From assembly GCA_951406725.2 (NCBI GenBank), contig OX597816.1:161138001-161202000 (forward strand): DNA of 64,000 nt, in the 5' to 3' direction. The notes beneath the pieces are model-generated. The model saw only the letters and a program-made list of their open reading frames with translations, was not told where the DNA came from and did not search any database. Each line of letters begins with the position of its first letter. Within the stretch, counting starts at the first letter, position 1. This document shows positions 26,410 through 38,105 of this stretch, piece after piece. The translations under genes and the position numbers were made by a program. Source of the DNA: Octopus vulgaris. Lineage: Eukaryota.

Positions 26410-26496
26410 ATATACATATATATTTATATATATATATATATATACACATATATATATACATACATATGTATAGATAGATAGTTAGATAATGTACAT

Positions 26497-26854
26497 CAAT
26501 GTTTCTCAACTTTTTTATCCTTGCATAACCCTTAAAATAAATTACATGTCTCAAGGAACCCCTGTACATAATAAAATATAATACCATATCTTTCTCATAT
26601 TTTTTTCATCATAGTTCATTTGGTATATATATATAGGGTATCCATAAATTACAGACATCACTAAATATATCCCCAATGGTTATATTTTTTTGATAACATA
26701 ACAAGTTAGATAGGATGATGTCTATTCTACAGTATTACTATAACCAATAAATATGTTCTGCGTGTATAGTAATATTACGATCACGAAATTAGCATTAGCT
26801 TATCTCACTCTTTCTCCTAGGAACCTTTTGCGGAACCCAGGTTGAGAAATGCTG
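26497..26854. mobile_element. hAT (Charlie-like) MITE; a partial inverted copy lies at about 48500-48625
   Basis: TIRs CAATGTTTCTCAAC / GTTGAGAAATGCTG; 8-bp TSD ATGTACAT / ATATACAT. Confidence 0.8.
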
Positions 26855-27741
26855 ATATACATGGTAAAATAATAAGCATGTGGTTAAGAAGTTCGCTTCC
26901 CAGGTTACAGGTTCAGTTCCACTGCATAACACTTTGAACAAGTCTTTGTAGTAGGCTGGCACAATCAGTAGAATATTTTAAGATCTCTGTGAAACCTTAA
27001 GAAGTTAGTATTGAGCTTTGTCCCTCTAGATTACAATAAACTAAGTGCCAGACAAGTACTGAAATAGTTTCCCTCTAAATGCTACGGCTTGTGAAGCAAT
27101 AATCTACTATAATAATACTCTTGTGTATTTCTCAGTCACAACATATGAATGAGAAAGGAAGGGGGTGATAGATGAATAAGGAAGGAATGGGTGATACCAA
27201 ACTGGAAGTGGGATGGTGAACATTCAACACTGAAAAGAAAAATCAAACAGCATTTCAACTCTCTGTGAGTATATGTGTGTATGTGTGCACGTATACAAGG
27301 GAAGTATGTGAATGTTTGTATCTGTGATTTATATATAAAATACTACAATTAGCTGTCATTTTTTACTGTACGGGGCCAACTAGTATTGTATATTGTTATA
27401 TATTGATTATAGTAGTGCTAGAGAATATATATTTAAATATGAAGAATTAATCTTCTTTCAAAGAATGAAGAATGAAGATGATGTATATGTTTATGTAAAT
27501 GTGTATATGTGTATGGGTACGTGTGTTTGTGTGTATGTATGTGTGCTTTGATGTTTGTTTTTATGTTCAGTTATAATAAAAACTATTTTAATTAATCTGT
27601 TAGGTTACTCTATACTTTTGAAGAATGCAAATTTATTTATTCTTAAGCAAGAACATTATTAACAATGACTTCAAAATTTTGGCTTAACTGTGAAGAACTT
27701 TGAAGTCACAGTCAATAATATTCTTGTTTGAGGATAATATA

Positions 27742-27780
<39 letters not shown>

Positions 27781-29004
27781 AGCTAGGCACTGCCCTGTGA
27801 GTCACTGGATCCTGTCAAACTGCCCAACTCATGCCAGCTTGTAAAACAGATATTAAATAATTATGTATATATGTGTGTGTACATGCATGCATGTGTGTAT
27901 GTGTATGCATCTGTCTGCATGTCTGTCTGTCTGTATGTATGAAAGAAAGAGAAAAAGTTTATGAGTTTACAAGTGAGAAAACTGAGCTTTTAGAGAAATC
28001 AAAATATACTGAATTAAACCTCCCCCCCCCCTCAAAAAAAAAAACACAAGTCATAAAAGATTGTAAACTAATAAATAAATTACATAAATTAATAATAGAG
28101 GAATAAACATTAATGGAAGCAAGAGTAAGACTGCCGGAACACAATTTCTCTGACACGGAGGTTACGTAAACATTAGCTAACATTTAGAAATGCCTCATTA
28201 CCAAAGTATACATATATAACAAACTGAGAGAAAGAGAGTAATTGAATTGGAGAACAGACTATGAGATCAATCATATAACTTCATTGGCTGATGTAGATAC
28301 TAAACACAACCCTCTTCTTAGGGTCAGGTCATGGTTATTAGAAAATTTACCAGAATTTATATTGATTCTAGTCTGTTTTCAATTATATCATGAAAACACT
28401 TAATCCTGTGGACTTCTGTGATGTTTTCCTTTTTCTTTTTTTCTCTCTTTGTTTTTTTTTTTTTTGTTTTTCTTATTTTTTTATTTTTATTTTTTTTATT
28501 TATTTATTTATTTTTTGTCTCTCTAACTCTGTAATATAAGTAAGTATTATTGGAAATTTCCGGAACGGGTTAATGTGCTGGTGTATTGAATATAGAGTAT
28601 GATGACATTTTAAATGCTTTTTCATTTTGGAACTAGTTTGATAAGCTTTGACTAAATGGTTTCAAAAATAAACAATAAAAAACTAGCAAAAAAGAAACAA
28701 GAAACCAAGAATATTACGTTTTATTTGATTCCAAAATAATAATGCTGGTGAGCATAATGATGACAATCAAGATGACGATTATCCTCATTGTAGTCATATC
28801 ATCATCATCATCATCATCATTGCTGTTGTCATTATCATTGTTATCATAGTCACTTTAATGCTTTTCCATGCTTGCAAGAGGTTGGTAGATTCTTTTCCTA
28901 TGGTGGAATACTCTTCCTGTCTGACACCAAACCCCACTCTCTCTCTCTCTCTCTCTCTCTCACTTACATACACACACATACACACATGCATGCACACACA
29001 CAAT

Positions 29005-29192
29005 TATCATCATTTAACATCCATTCCCATGTTGGCATTGGTTGGATGTTTTGACAGAAGCTGACAAGCTGAAGGGCTGCTCAAGGCTCCATTGTCTGTT
29101 TTGGCATGTTTTCTATGGCTGGATGCCCTTCCTAATGCCAACCACTTTACAGAGTGTACTGGATGCTTTTACACAGTGAATGCTCAACACCA
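29005..29192 (-). mobile_element. family A-related LINE 3' fragment
   Basis: ggctggatgcccttcctaatgccaaccac block and (CAT)n tail on the minus strand. Confidence 0.7.
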
Positions 29193-29237
29193 CATTGGTG
29201 GATAGAATTTTTTTATTTGTGTATTTAGGCACCATTT

Positions 29238-30092
29238 GTCTGATCAATAAGTATCTGGATTGTTGCCATAGTAACGAAGCTAAGGCACACAGAGTAAAGC
29301 CGGTCAGCACAAATTGACCTTAAACTCTGCTGTGTATGTGCACTAAGTCTTAGCTTTCTAGCTCACTTCAGCTGTTTACAGCAGTGCTTGGAAGGAAGGT
29401 GTGTAGCATGTGATCATCATACTGGCCATGACTGAAAAAATTGTCTTGGTGATACCTGCTTAGAAGCCTACACAAAGTTGCAGAAAGTGTATGGAGAGGA
29501 GTGTATGAGCCACACACAAGTGTGCAAGTGGTTCAGATGTTTCCAAGATGGTCATAAAAATGTCAATATTGACTAACGTACTGGGAAACCTGCAACCAGC
29601 AGAACTGAGAAAAACATTGCAGATATGCAGGCAGCTGTGAGGGAAAATCATTGAACCACCATCTGTGAGTTATCAGAGGGTGCGCAGATTAGTTATGGTT
29701 GAGTTCAGTCCATTATCACTGAAAATTTGAGTATGAGATGCATATCTGCCAAGATTGTGCTGAAACTGCTTTCAGCTGACCAAAAAGATGCACGGGTTTC
29801 AGTTGCGCAAGATCTCCTTGATTGTGCCGAGAACAATGAAAGCTTTTTGAAAACTTTGCTTGGCAAAATTTGATGCAGAGTCTCTGCTCAGCTTTCAGTC
29901 ATGATCAATGTGATGATCACATGCCACAGACCTTCCTTCCAAGCACTGCTGTAAATAACAGAAGTGAGCTTGAACCTTAAAACTTAGTGCACATGCACAG
30001 CAGGGTTCAAGGTCAATGTGTGTCAAGCAGCTTCACTCTTCATGCTTTAGCTTCATTACTATACAAACAGTCCGGATACTTATTAATCAGAC
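29238..30092 (+). mobile_element. non-autonomous mariner derivative with about 195-bp inverted arms
   Basis: Arms 29238-29435 and about 29897-30092 are reverse-complementary; internal remnants VCKWFRCFQDG and ISAKIVLKLLSADQKDARVSVAQDLL (mariner HTH and WVPHEL region). Confidence 0.8.
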
Positions 30093-30243
30093 CACACATA
30101 CACACACACGTGTGCGCATGCACATACAGATATATCATCATTATCATCATCATCATCATCATTTAATGTCTGTTGTCCATACTGGCATGGGTGGAACATA
30201 ATTATATACATTCACGCACAAATGCATATATATATATATATAT

Positions 30244-30409
30244 AGGCACAGGATTGACTGTGTGGTAAGTAGCTTGCTTACCAACCACATGGTTCTGGAT
30301 TCAGTCTCATTGTGTGGCATCTTGGGAAAGTGTCTTCTACTATAGCCTCCGGCTGACCAAAGCCTTATGAGTGGATTTCGTAGATGGAAACTAAAAGAAG
30401 CCCGTTGTG

Positions 30410-30442
<33 letters not shown>

Positions 30443-30665
30443 ATATGCATGTGTATGTGTTTGTGTGTCTGTGTTTGTTCCCCACCCCCATCACTTGACA
30501 ACCAATGCCGGTTTGTTTACATCCTCATAATTTAACAGTTCAGCAAAAGAGACCTATAGAATAAGTACTAGGCTTACAAAGAATAAGTCCTGGGGTCGAT
30601 TTGTTCAACTACAGGTGGTGCTCCAGCATGGCCGCAGTCCAATGACTGAAACAAATAAAAGAATA
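30244..30665 (+). mobile_element. tRNA/CORE SINE (family B), full length
   Basis: Head, CORE-like block, central (TA)n and tail as in the 16437 copy. Confidence 0.85.
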
Positions 30666-30667
30666 GC

Positions 30668-30878
30668 TCTCCTGTATGACCCCTCTGTCTGGCATTCGCC
30701 ATGATAGATCACTAGCCACTAAACCTTTTCTATTTTCTCTCCCTGCATTCCTTTCTGTCGAAGAGCGTAGGCTCGAAACATAAAAGACTTTCTCACTTCC
30801 CAAGCGTTAAACCAATACGTCTGTTTGTTGTTTACACACCTGTCTTCGTCTTTCGTTTTTTTTTGTAAATTCTCACTA
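30668..30878 (+). mobile_element. Penelope-like terminal-repeat fragment
   Basis: Reverse-complement match to about 34015-34230; ends at (TA)n. Confidence 0.8.
30751..30787 (+). ncRNA. minimal type-I hammerhead-like ribozyme motif (U6 variant)
   Basis: CTTT-CTGTCGA-A-GAGC-gtag-GCTC-GAA-AC-AT-A-AAAG: helix I CTTT/AAAG, helix II GAGC/GCTC, helix III ACAT (probably a CpG-decayed ACGT palindrome). Confidence 0.6.
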
Positions 30879-31452
30879 TATATATATATATATATGTATA
30901 TATAAATGCATGTGCATGTGTGCCTGAATGATGTAATGCAGGGATGTTAAATCCATTACACAAGGGTTACATCCCTGAACACAACACAACATAAATACAA
31001 ATAAACAAAACCAAGTACTTATTCTTATTATCTCATCTTTGTAGCATATGCTACCAGGTCAGCATTATTTTGCCATCAGGTGAAACAAAGCACTCTATAT
31101 ATATAGGGCACAGCATTTAAATACCATGTTGTATTTTATCAAAAGAAAAAAAATTTAGTTCCGTATTGCTTTTCATCCAACTAGTATCAATAAAACTGTA
31201 CCAGTAATACACCTGAGTTGATTTGACTGAACTATATATATATATGTATGTATGTATGTATGTGTGTGTGTGTGTCTTATAATAATACATTTATATATAT
31301 TCCATCAAAAGAAATTGATATTTCAGATAAGCTCTATCTATGCATCTATTTCCATAGGTACACATTGCAGAGGTTCTTTGATCATAAATATATATATATA
31401 TATATATGTGTTTACGCACGCACACGCACGCACGCGTGCGCGCACACACGCG

Positions 31453-31528
<76 letters not shown>

Positions 31529-31565
31529 TGCTGTATGTAGGAGTGAGGCAATTTTCTGATCTTAC

Positions 31566-31651
31566 AACATGGGGAAACGATTAAAGGACTGATCACTGAA
31601 ATACTTTGAAATGATTGAAGTTTTGGGGTACTTTTTATCATATTTGCTCAT
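31566..31651 (-). CDS. weak candidate first coding exon, MSKYDKKYPKTSIISKYFSDQSFNRFPM
   Basis: Start context gaccATGa, donor TT|gtaaga, unique sequence; no recognisable homology. Confidence 0.25.
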
Positions 31652-32547
31652 GGTCACACTTTCTAATTTTCTTTTCTCTTTTTTTTCTAGTGTGTGTTTG
31701 TGTCCATGTGTGTATATGTGTTTGTTTGTGTGTGTGTGTGTATGTGTGTGTTTCTTCTTTCTTGTCTCTCTATTCACAGGATATATTTCTGATTGAAATA
31801 ATGTTTTCTCCTTCAATATGTTTGTATGAGTGTGTAAGTATGCTAGTGTGTGTATGATGTGTGTGTCAGTGAGTTTATGTATTTGAATGCGTGTGTGTGT
31901 GTGTGTGTGTGTGTGTTAGTGTGTGCATGGTGTGTGTGTCAGTGAGTTTATGTATTTGAATGCCTGTGTGTGTGTGTGTGTGTGTTAGTGTGTATGGTTA
32001 TGAATGTTCATGAACAAGTGAATGGTTTGTGGTTGGTGTATGAGTGTATATGTGTCTGTGCATGCAGCTATGGGTTTCCATACACTTGTATCTTATGGTT
32101 GTGCATGGTTGTCAGTATATACATATAGATACAAATGTGGACACAAGCATAGCAAAATGGTTAAGAAGTTCATTTTACACTCATGAGATCCTGGGTTCAT
32201 TCCTACAGTGTGGTAACTTCCAACCTAATCTAAGGCAGTGGACATAAGGAACTGTTACAGGGTAGGTCAAAATGTCATATTGTATCTGCTCTGGTTCTTT
32301 AAATTATCTCTTATTTGTGTGGTTCAAATATCAAGACTTTGGATATTTATCTACAAATCCATGAAGAACCATGATGATGGATACTTTGATGTTTCTCTCT
32401 TTTATGTCTAATATTAGAGCATAAAATTTCAAGATATATACCTGTCTATGAAGAATTACTACTTATTATCACTTATCTGATTTTCTTGTTTTTCTGCTAA
32501 ATTTCATATATAATTTTACACTCAATTCTGTGTAAGTATTTCTAATT

Positions 32548-33112
32548 GGCACCAGTGCCAGTGGCACGTAAAATGCACCAGTCAAACATGATCGTTGCCA
32601 GTGCTGCCTGACTGGTCCCATGCCAATGGCACATAAAAAGCACCATTTAAGTGTTGCTGATGCCAGCACCACCTCACTGGCCCTCATGCCAGTGGCATAT
32701 AAAAAGCACCTACTACACTCTCGGAGTGGTTGGTGTTAGGAAGGGCATCCAACTGTAGAAACATTGTCAGATCAGATTGGAGCCTGGTGCAGCCTCCTGG
32801 CTCGCCAAACCTCAGTCAAACTGTCCAACCCATGCTAGCATGGAAAGCGGACATTAAGCGGACAATGACGATGATTATGATGTTTTGATGCCATTAGTGT
32901 TGACCTACCCTTATTTTACTGTAGCATATAAAAAGCACTCATGCCAGTGCCATATAAAAGCATCCAGCACACTCTGTAAAGTGATTGGCATTAGGAAGGA
33001 CATCCAGTCATAGACTGGAGCCTGGTGCAGCTCTCCAGCTTACTAGTGCTGGTTAAACCTCCCAATCCATGCCAGCATGGACACCGGACATTAAATGATA
33101 ATGATGGTGATG

Positions 33113-33113
<1 letters not shown>
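32548..33113 (+). mobile_element. two tandem family A LINE 3' fragments
   Basis: 32548-32882 (three units) and 32922-33113; each has the shared block and a (GAT)n tail. Confidence 0.8.
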
Positions 33114-33149
<36 letters not shown>

Positions 33150-33162
33150 TGTATATATATGG

Positions 33163-33196
<34 letters not shown>

Positions 33197-33257
33197 GTGT
33201 GTGTTTAATATTTATTAAGTTATGGAAAATGAATATTATGATATATTATTATACAGT

Positions 33258-33288
<31 letters not shown>

Positions 33289-33319
33289 ATATGTATATAC
33301 ATATATATATATACATATA

Positions 33320-33620
33320 TATCACCGTGATCACCGTGACTGACCAGGCTATCAGATGTTGCTACAGATCGCTGGTCACAATGTGCTTCGCATTGTCTTT
33401 TAGTCTTCAAATGATGCCACGCTGCTGGTTAAGCGAGAAAGCCAACAGAAGAAAGAATTAGTGAAAGAGTACAGCAGGGATTGCCAGCACCCACTGCCGG
33501 AACCTCATGGATTTTTTGGTGTTTTCGCTCAATAAGCACTCATAATGCCTGGTCTGGGAATCGAAACAGTGATCCTACGACTGCGAGTCCACTGTCCTAA
33601 CCACTGGGCCATTGCACCTC
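33320..33620 (-). mobile_element. tRNA-derived SINE; a related decayed copy lies at 37310-37560
   Basis: Minus head gaggtgcaaTGGCCCAGTGGttagg...GTTTCGATTCCcagacc (A and B boxes). Confidence 0.75.
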
Positions 33621-33638
33621 ACACACACACACACACAT

Positions 33639-33684
<46 letters not shown>

Positions 33685-33742
33685 TACGGAGATGTACTTG
33701 CATAGCGAGTGACTTGATCTGAGATCGTGTGCTGGAACGAAA

Positions 33743-33904
33743 ACAATTGCAGCATGGAAGGTGTTTATAAGTCATTTAAGAAACACACAAAACCATTAGA
33801 TTCACTTCAACATTTAAATTTAATTAAATTTAAATGTTGAAGTGAATCAAACGGTTTTGTGTGTTTCTTAAATGGCTTATAAACACCTTTCATGCTGCAA
33901 TTGT
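33743..33904. repeat. 162-bp loopless palindrome
   Basis: 81-bp arms centred at 33823/33824 (tttaa|ttaaa) with 4 mismatches. Confidence 0.95.
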
Positions 33905-34009
33905 ATATATATATATATACACATACATATATATAATTATCTCTGCCTACTGCCTATGCCACACAAGCAAGCCTACCATATGATCAGAAGGACCATCTTT
34001 ATGATACCC

Positions 34010-34836
34010 TTTTACAGAATTCACAAAAAGAAAAACAAAAGACGAAGACAGGTGGTGTAGACAACAAACAGATGTATTAGTTTAACACTCAGGAAGGGGA
34101 AAAGTCTTTAACATTTCGAGCCTATGCTCTTCCACAGAAAGGAACACAGAAAGAAAAGGGAGAGAAAATAAAGAATGTGTAGTGGCTAGCGATCTATCAT
34201 GACAAATGCCGGACAGAGGGGTCACAGAGGAAGAAGGGGAGATAATAAACTAGTGGTGATCCCAAAATGATGGTGCATGTGCGTATGTATAAGAGAGCTT
34301 GTATGTGTGTGTGGAAGAGAGCTGGTGACTTTGATGTGTGCATGTGTAGGTGTGTAGATGATGAGTGTGCGCGGCTGGGAAGTGGTCAGTACTAGTGTGT
34401 GCATTGTGGTGTTGTGTGGTATGGTGTGGTGGTGGGATTTGGAAGAGGTGAGAGTGGGGAAAGCAAGGGTGGGGTGTGGGTTAGGCTGAAGGTGGGAATA
34501 GAGGTGGAGTATGTGAGAGTGAGTGTAAGGGATGGGGTGGGATTGTATTGTGTAGGGGTGGGGCTCCGAGAGAGGGGTGACAATGAAGGGGAAGGGAGAA
34601 GGTGGGTAGAAGAGAAGAAAGGAGGTGGGTAGGAGTAAAGAGAAGTAGGAGTCAGAGCAAGGGAGGAGAGATAGGTGGGAGGAAGTAGGTGTGAGAGGAA
34701 GAGAGGAGAGGGAAGGAGAGTTGAGTCCATGTGGTACAAAGGAGTGAAGAGAGAAGATTAATCCCTGTTCACGGCGAAGACAGGAGTCCAGATGGCCCCT
34801 GTGCAAGTATAATCTGAATACAGACAGGTGTTGCAA
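34010..34836 (-). mobile_element. Penelope-like retroelement 3' remnant: GIY-YIG C-terminus, CT-rich tract, terminal repeat with hammerhead-like motif
   Basis: 34720-34836 translates LDSCLRREQGLIFSLHSFVPHGLN (RxxREQxLIFxLxxxxPxGLN, typical of the PLE endonuclease end); motif ctttCTGTGGAagagcataggctcGAAatgttaaag at 34104-34142. Confidence 0.8.
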
Positions 34837-35257
34837 AGTACATAATTATGTATATGATCCATACACACATATACACACACAGACATATTCATATAACTTA
34901 TATGCAATGGAAGCAGTATTAAATGAATATAGCCGTCTATGTATCACACTTAATGTAAATACATCGTTGAAAGGCAAATTTACTGCAGCATACATCAGAG
35001 ATGATATCTCTTATAAATATGTTGTTTAAAAATGCAATAGATGTCAGAGGAAGAAGCAAATATGTCAGATGCATTTCAGCATAGTTGAGTCGTGACATTC
35101 GTTGCTTCCAATATATATATATTGTTTTTTTAATCACTGCACACCTATAAGAAATATCATCTCTGGTTGAATACCACAGTAAGTTTGCCTGTCAATGATA
35201 TGTATTTACATTAAGTATGATACATAGATATACGTATGTATATGTGTATGTGTCTGT

Positions 35258-35314
<57 letters not shown>

Positions 35315-35687
35315 TACACACATGTGTGTGTATATGTATTTCTGTGTATTTCTGTATATATTTATCAAATTTATAAGCAAAAATACAACCATATGTTTAA
35401 TAAACATATTTGGAGATCATTGTGAAAATAGAACCTTTGGTTAAACAACATGTATCTCAAGTTTAACTAGAGAGCTCAGCAAGTTTAATCACATGTCTAT
35501 TTTGACAACAAGGGTGAAAATATGTTTATGAAACATATGGTTGCACACTGTCTACAAAATTGATCTCAAATATACCTTGCCACTGTTTGTTTGTATATTT
35601 GTATGTATGTAAGAATGTATGTATGTATGTATTTATGTATATCTGTCAATCAGTCTGTCTGTGTGTGTGAGTGTGTGTATATATATA

Positions 35688-35948
35688 TGCCAGTGTCGCC
35701 CTGACTGGCTTCCGTGCCGGTGGCACGTAAAAAGCACCATCCGATCGTGGCCATTTGCCAGACTTGTCTGGCACCTGTGCAGGTGGCACGTAAAAAGCAC
35801 CCACTACACTCATGGAGTGGTTGGCGTTAGGAAGGGCATCCAGCTGTAGAAACATTGCCAGATCAGACTGGGCCTGGTGCAGTCTTCTGGCTTCCCAGAC
35901 CCCAGTTGCACCGTCCAACCCATGCCAGCATGGAAAAGCGGACGCTAA

Positions 35949-35980
<32 letters not shown>
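35688..35980 (+). mobile_element. family A LINE 3' fragment, young copy
   Basis: Two intact units (35713-35738, 35776-35801), shared block, (GAT)n tail. Confidence 0.85.
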
Positions 35981-36536
35981 AGATATAGTATATGTTATAT
36001 TCCATTAGGGACGTGGTAGAGTACAGTATAAAGCTTGTCCACCTAGATCTTATGCAAACAAACAGTTGCATAATCAAATACCTGTATTCTTGGAGAACTA
36101 CATTGTGAAACAATTGTAGCAAATAATAAATAAATGTCCAACCATACTTCTTCTTCTTGACTCCAATTTCTTTCTCCAGTTATATGGTTAAAATTTGCCC
36201 CTTTTATAATTATACCATATGTTATGTATATATCATATCATACCTTGATACTGTGTGGACTAAAATCTCTATTGACAGGCGACTGGTATTTATAGTGTGT
36301 TAAACACTTTTGGTTTGCAAATTAGGGACTCCTTCATAGAGTAACTGCTGCATTTGTTGAGTATATAAACAGTTTGATTGCTTGTTTCTCTGGAGACTGT
36401 CAGAATGATGTAGACACCTCTGATGAGAACCCAATAAGATCCGAAAATCGACTAAAGTTGTTCATAATTTTTTCAGTCTGCAGAGAAATGGCTAAAATTT
36501 GCTGTTTATAACTATACCATATGTTACACTCACGCA

Positions 36537-36621
<85 letters not shown>

Positions 36622-36680
36622 ATATGTATATGTATAACAAAGTGAAGTTGCAAGGTACCACACGAGTTGAAATATATATA

Positions 36681-36950
36681 AAAGAAGGTTTGAAAATGCA
36701 ATTTTAAAGATGTTTATTCACTTGACTGGTTTCACTTTTTTAGAAAAAGATTGTCAAAAGTAAAATGTAAAGCTTTATATAAGCTTTGTTGTGTTAAGTA
36801 CTGGTTGTCACAAAAGTATTAAAATACATATATACATTCTTTGATAATTATAAGAAAATGTTAAAAACAGTTTACAAGAAATTTCTCAAATATTTTCTTT
36901 TAAACTGTTTTTAATAAACATCTTTAAAATTGCATTTTCAAACCTTCTTT
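36681..36950 (-). mobile_element. PLE-like fragment with 38-bp perfect inverted ends and a decayed hammerhead-like motif
   Basis: 36681-36718 is the reverse complement of 36913-36950; minus 36720-36761 reads actt-TTGACAA-t-ctttt..aaaag-t-GAAACCAGTC-aagt. Confidence 0.55.
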
Positions 36951-36951
36951 C

Positions 36952-36984
<33 letters not shown>

Positions 36985-37017
36985 TACATATATGTGTGTG
37001 TATATTATATATAAATA

Positions 37018-37251
37018 CAGGATGGCCAAAAGTCACCTGACATTAAATCAAAACCACTTAATTCCAAGATGAAAACAAAAAAAAATTTATATGAGACTTT
37101 GCTAATAAATAGACAAATGTTGAGTAAAGACGATGATTTCAACTCTCAGCTTTCAATTATTAAACGTTCATAATTGGAATGAATAAATAAAATTGAATAT
37201 TAAGTATTTATGGAATTTTGATTTACTGTCGGGTGATTTTGGGTAACCTTG
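37018..37251. mobile_element. Tc1-type MITE
   Basis: TA|CAGGATGGCCAAAAGTCACCTGACATTAAATCAAAA ... TTTTGATTTACTGTCGGGTGATTTTGGGTAACCTTG|TA. Confidence 0.75.
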
Positions 37252-37627
37252 TATACATATGCAAGTGCACATACTCAGACACAGACATACACATCAATAA
37301 TCATGTAATTGACCAGATTATCGGATATTGTTATATAATGCTGGTCACTGCTTTACATTGTTTTAGCTTTCAGATGATGACACCCTGCTGATCAGGATGG
37401 TAGTACATTTCAGGGTTATTCATTCACAATTGAGTGGACTGGAGCAATGCGAAATGAAGTGCCTTGATCAAAGAACACAACACACCTCCCAGCCCAGGAA
37501 TTGAACCAATGAGCTGCCAATCATGAGTGTAACACCTTAACCTCTGGGCCATGTGCCTACACACTAATATATGTGTGTGTGTGTGTGTGTATAGTGCCAG
37601 TGTGTGTATATATGTATATATTATATA

Positions 37628-38105
37628 GCTGCAGGTGTAGCTGTGTGGTAAGAAGCTTGCTTCCCAACCACATGGTTCTGGGTTCAGTCCCACTGTGTGG
37701 AACTTTGGACAAGTGTCTTTTCCTATAGCCTCAGATCAACCAAAGCCTTGTGAGTGGATTTGGTAAAGGGAAACTGAAAGAAGCCCGTCATATATATATG
37801 TAATCCTTACAAATTTTTTCTCACTCTGGTTGTTTTTTTTCTTCCTCTTAATCCTTTCTGTTGAAGAGCATAAACTTGAAATATGAAAGACTTTTCCATT
37901 CTTCCCGAGTGTTAAGCTAATACACCTGCTTGTTGTTCCTACACCTGTCTTTATCTTTTATTTTCTGTAAATTTGAACTATATATAGGCTTATGAAAAAA
38001 TAAACACTGAAGTTAATACATTCAACTAAAAATTCTTCATGGCGGTGCCCCAGCATGGCCATAGTCTGATGACTGAAACAAGTGAAAAAAAAAAGAAGTA
38101 AAAAG
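37628..38105 (+). mobile_element. family B SINE split by a PLE terminal-repeat fragment (37800-37982; hammerhead-like motif 37854-37890)
   Basis: SINE head 37628-37790, PLE piece ctttCTGTTGAagagcataaacttGAAatatgaaagac, SINE tail 38020-38105. Confidence 0.75.

Noticed and set aside
34222-34719. 204-aa Pro/His/Ser-rich ORF as a host gene
   Set aside because: Only the first ~40 aa are a PLE endonuclease end; the rest is low-complexity CT/CA-rich element sequence.
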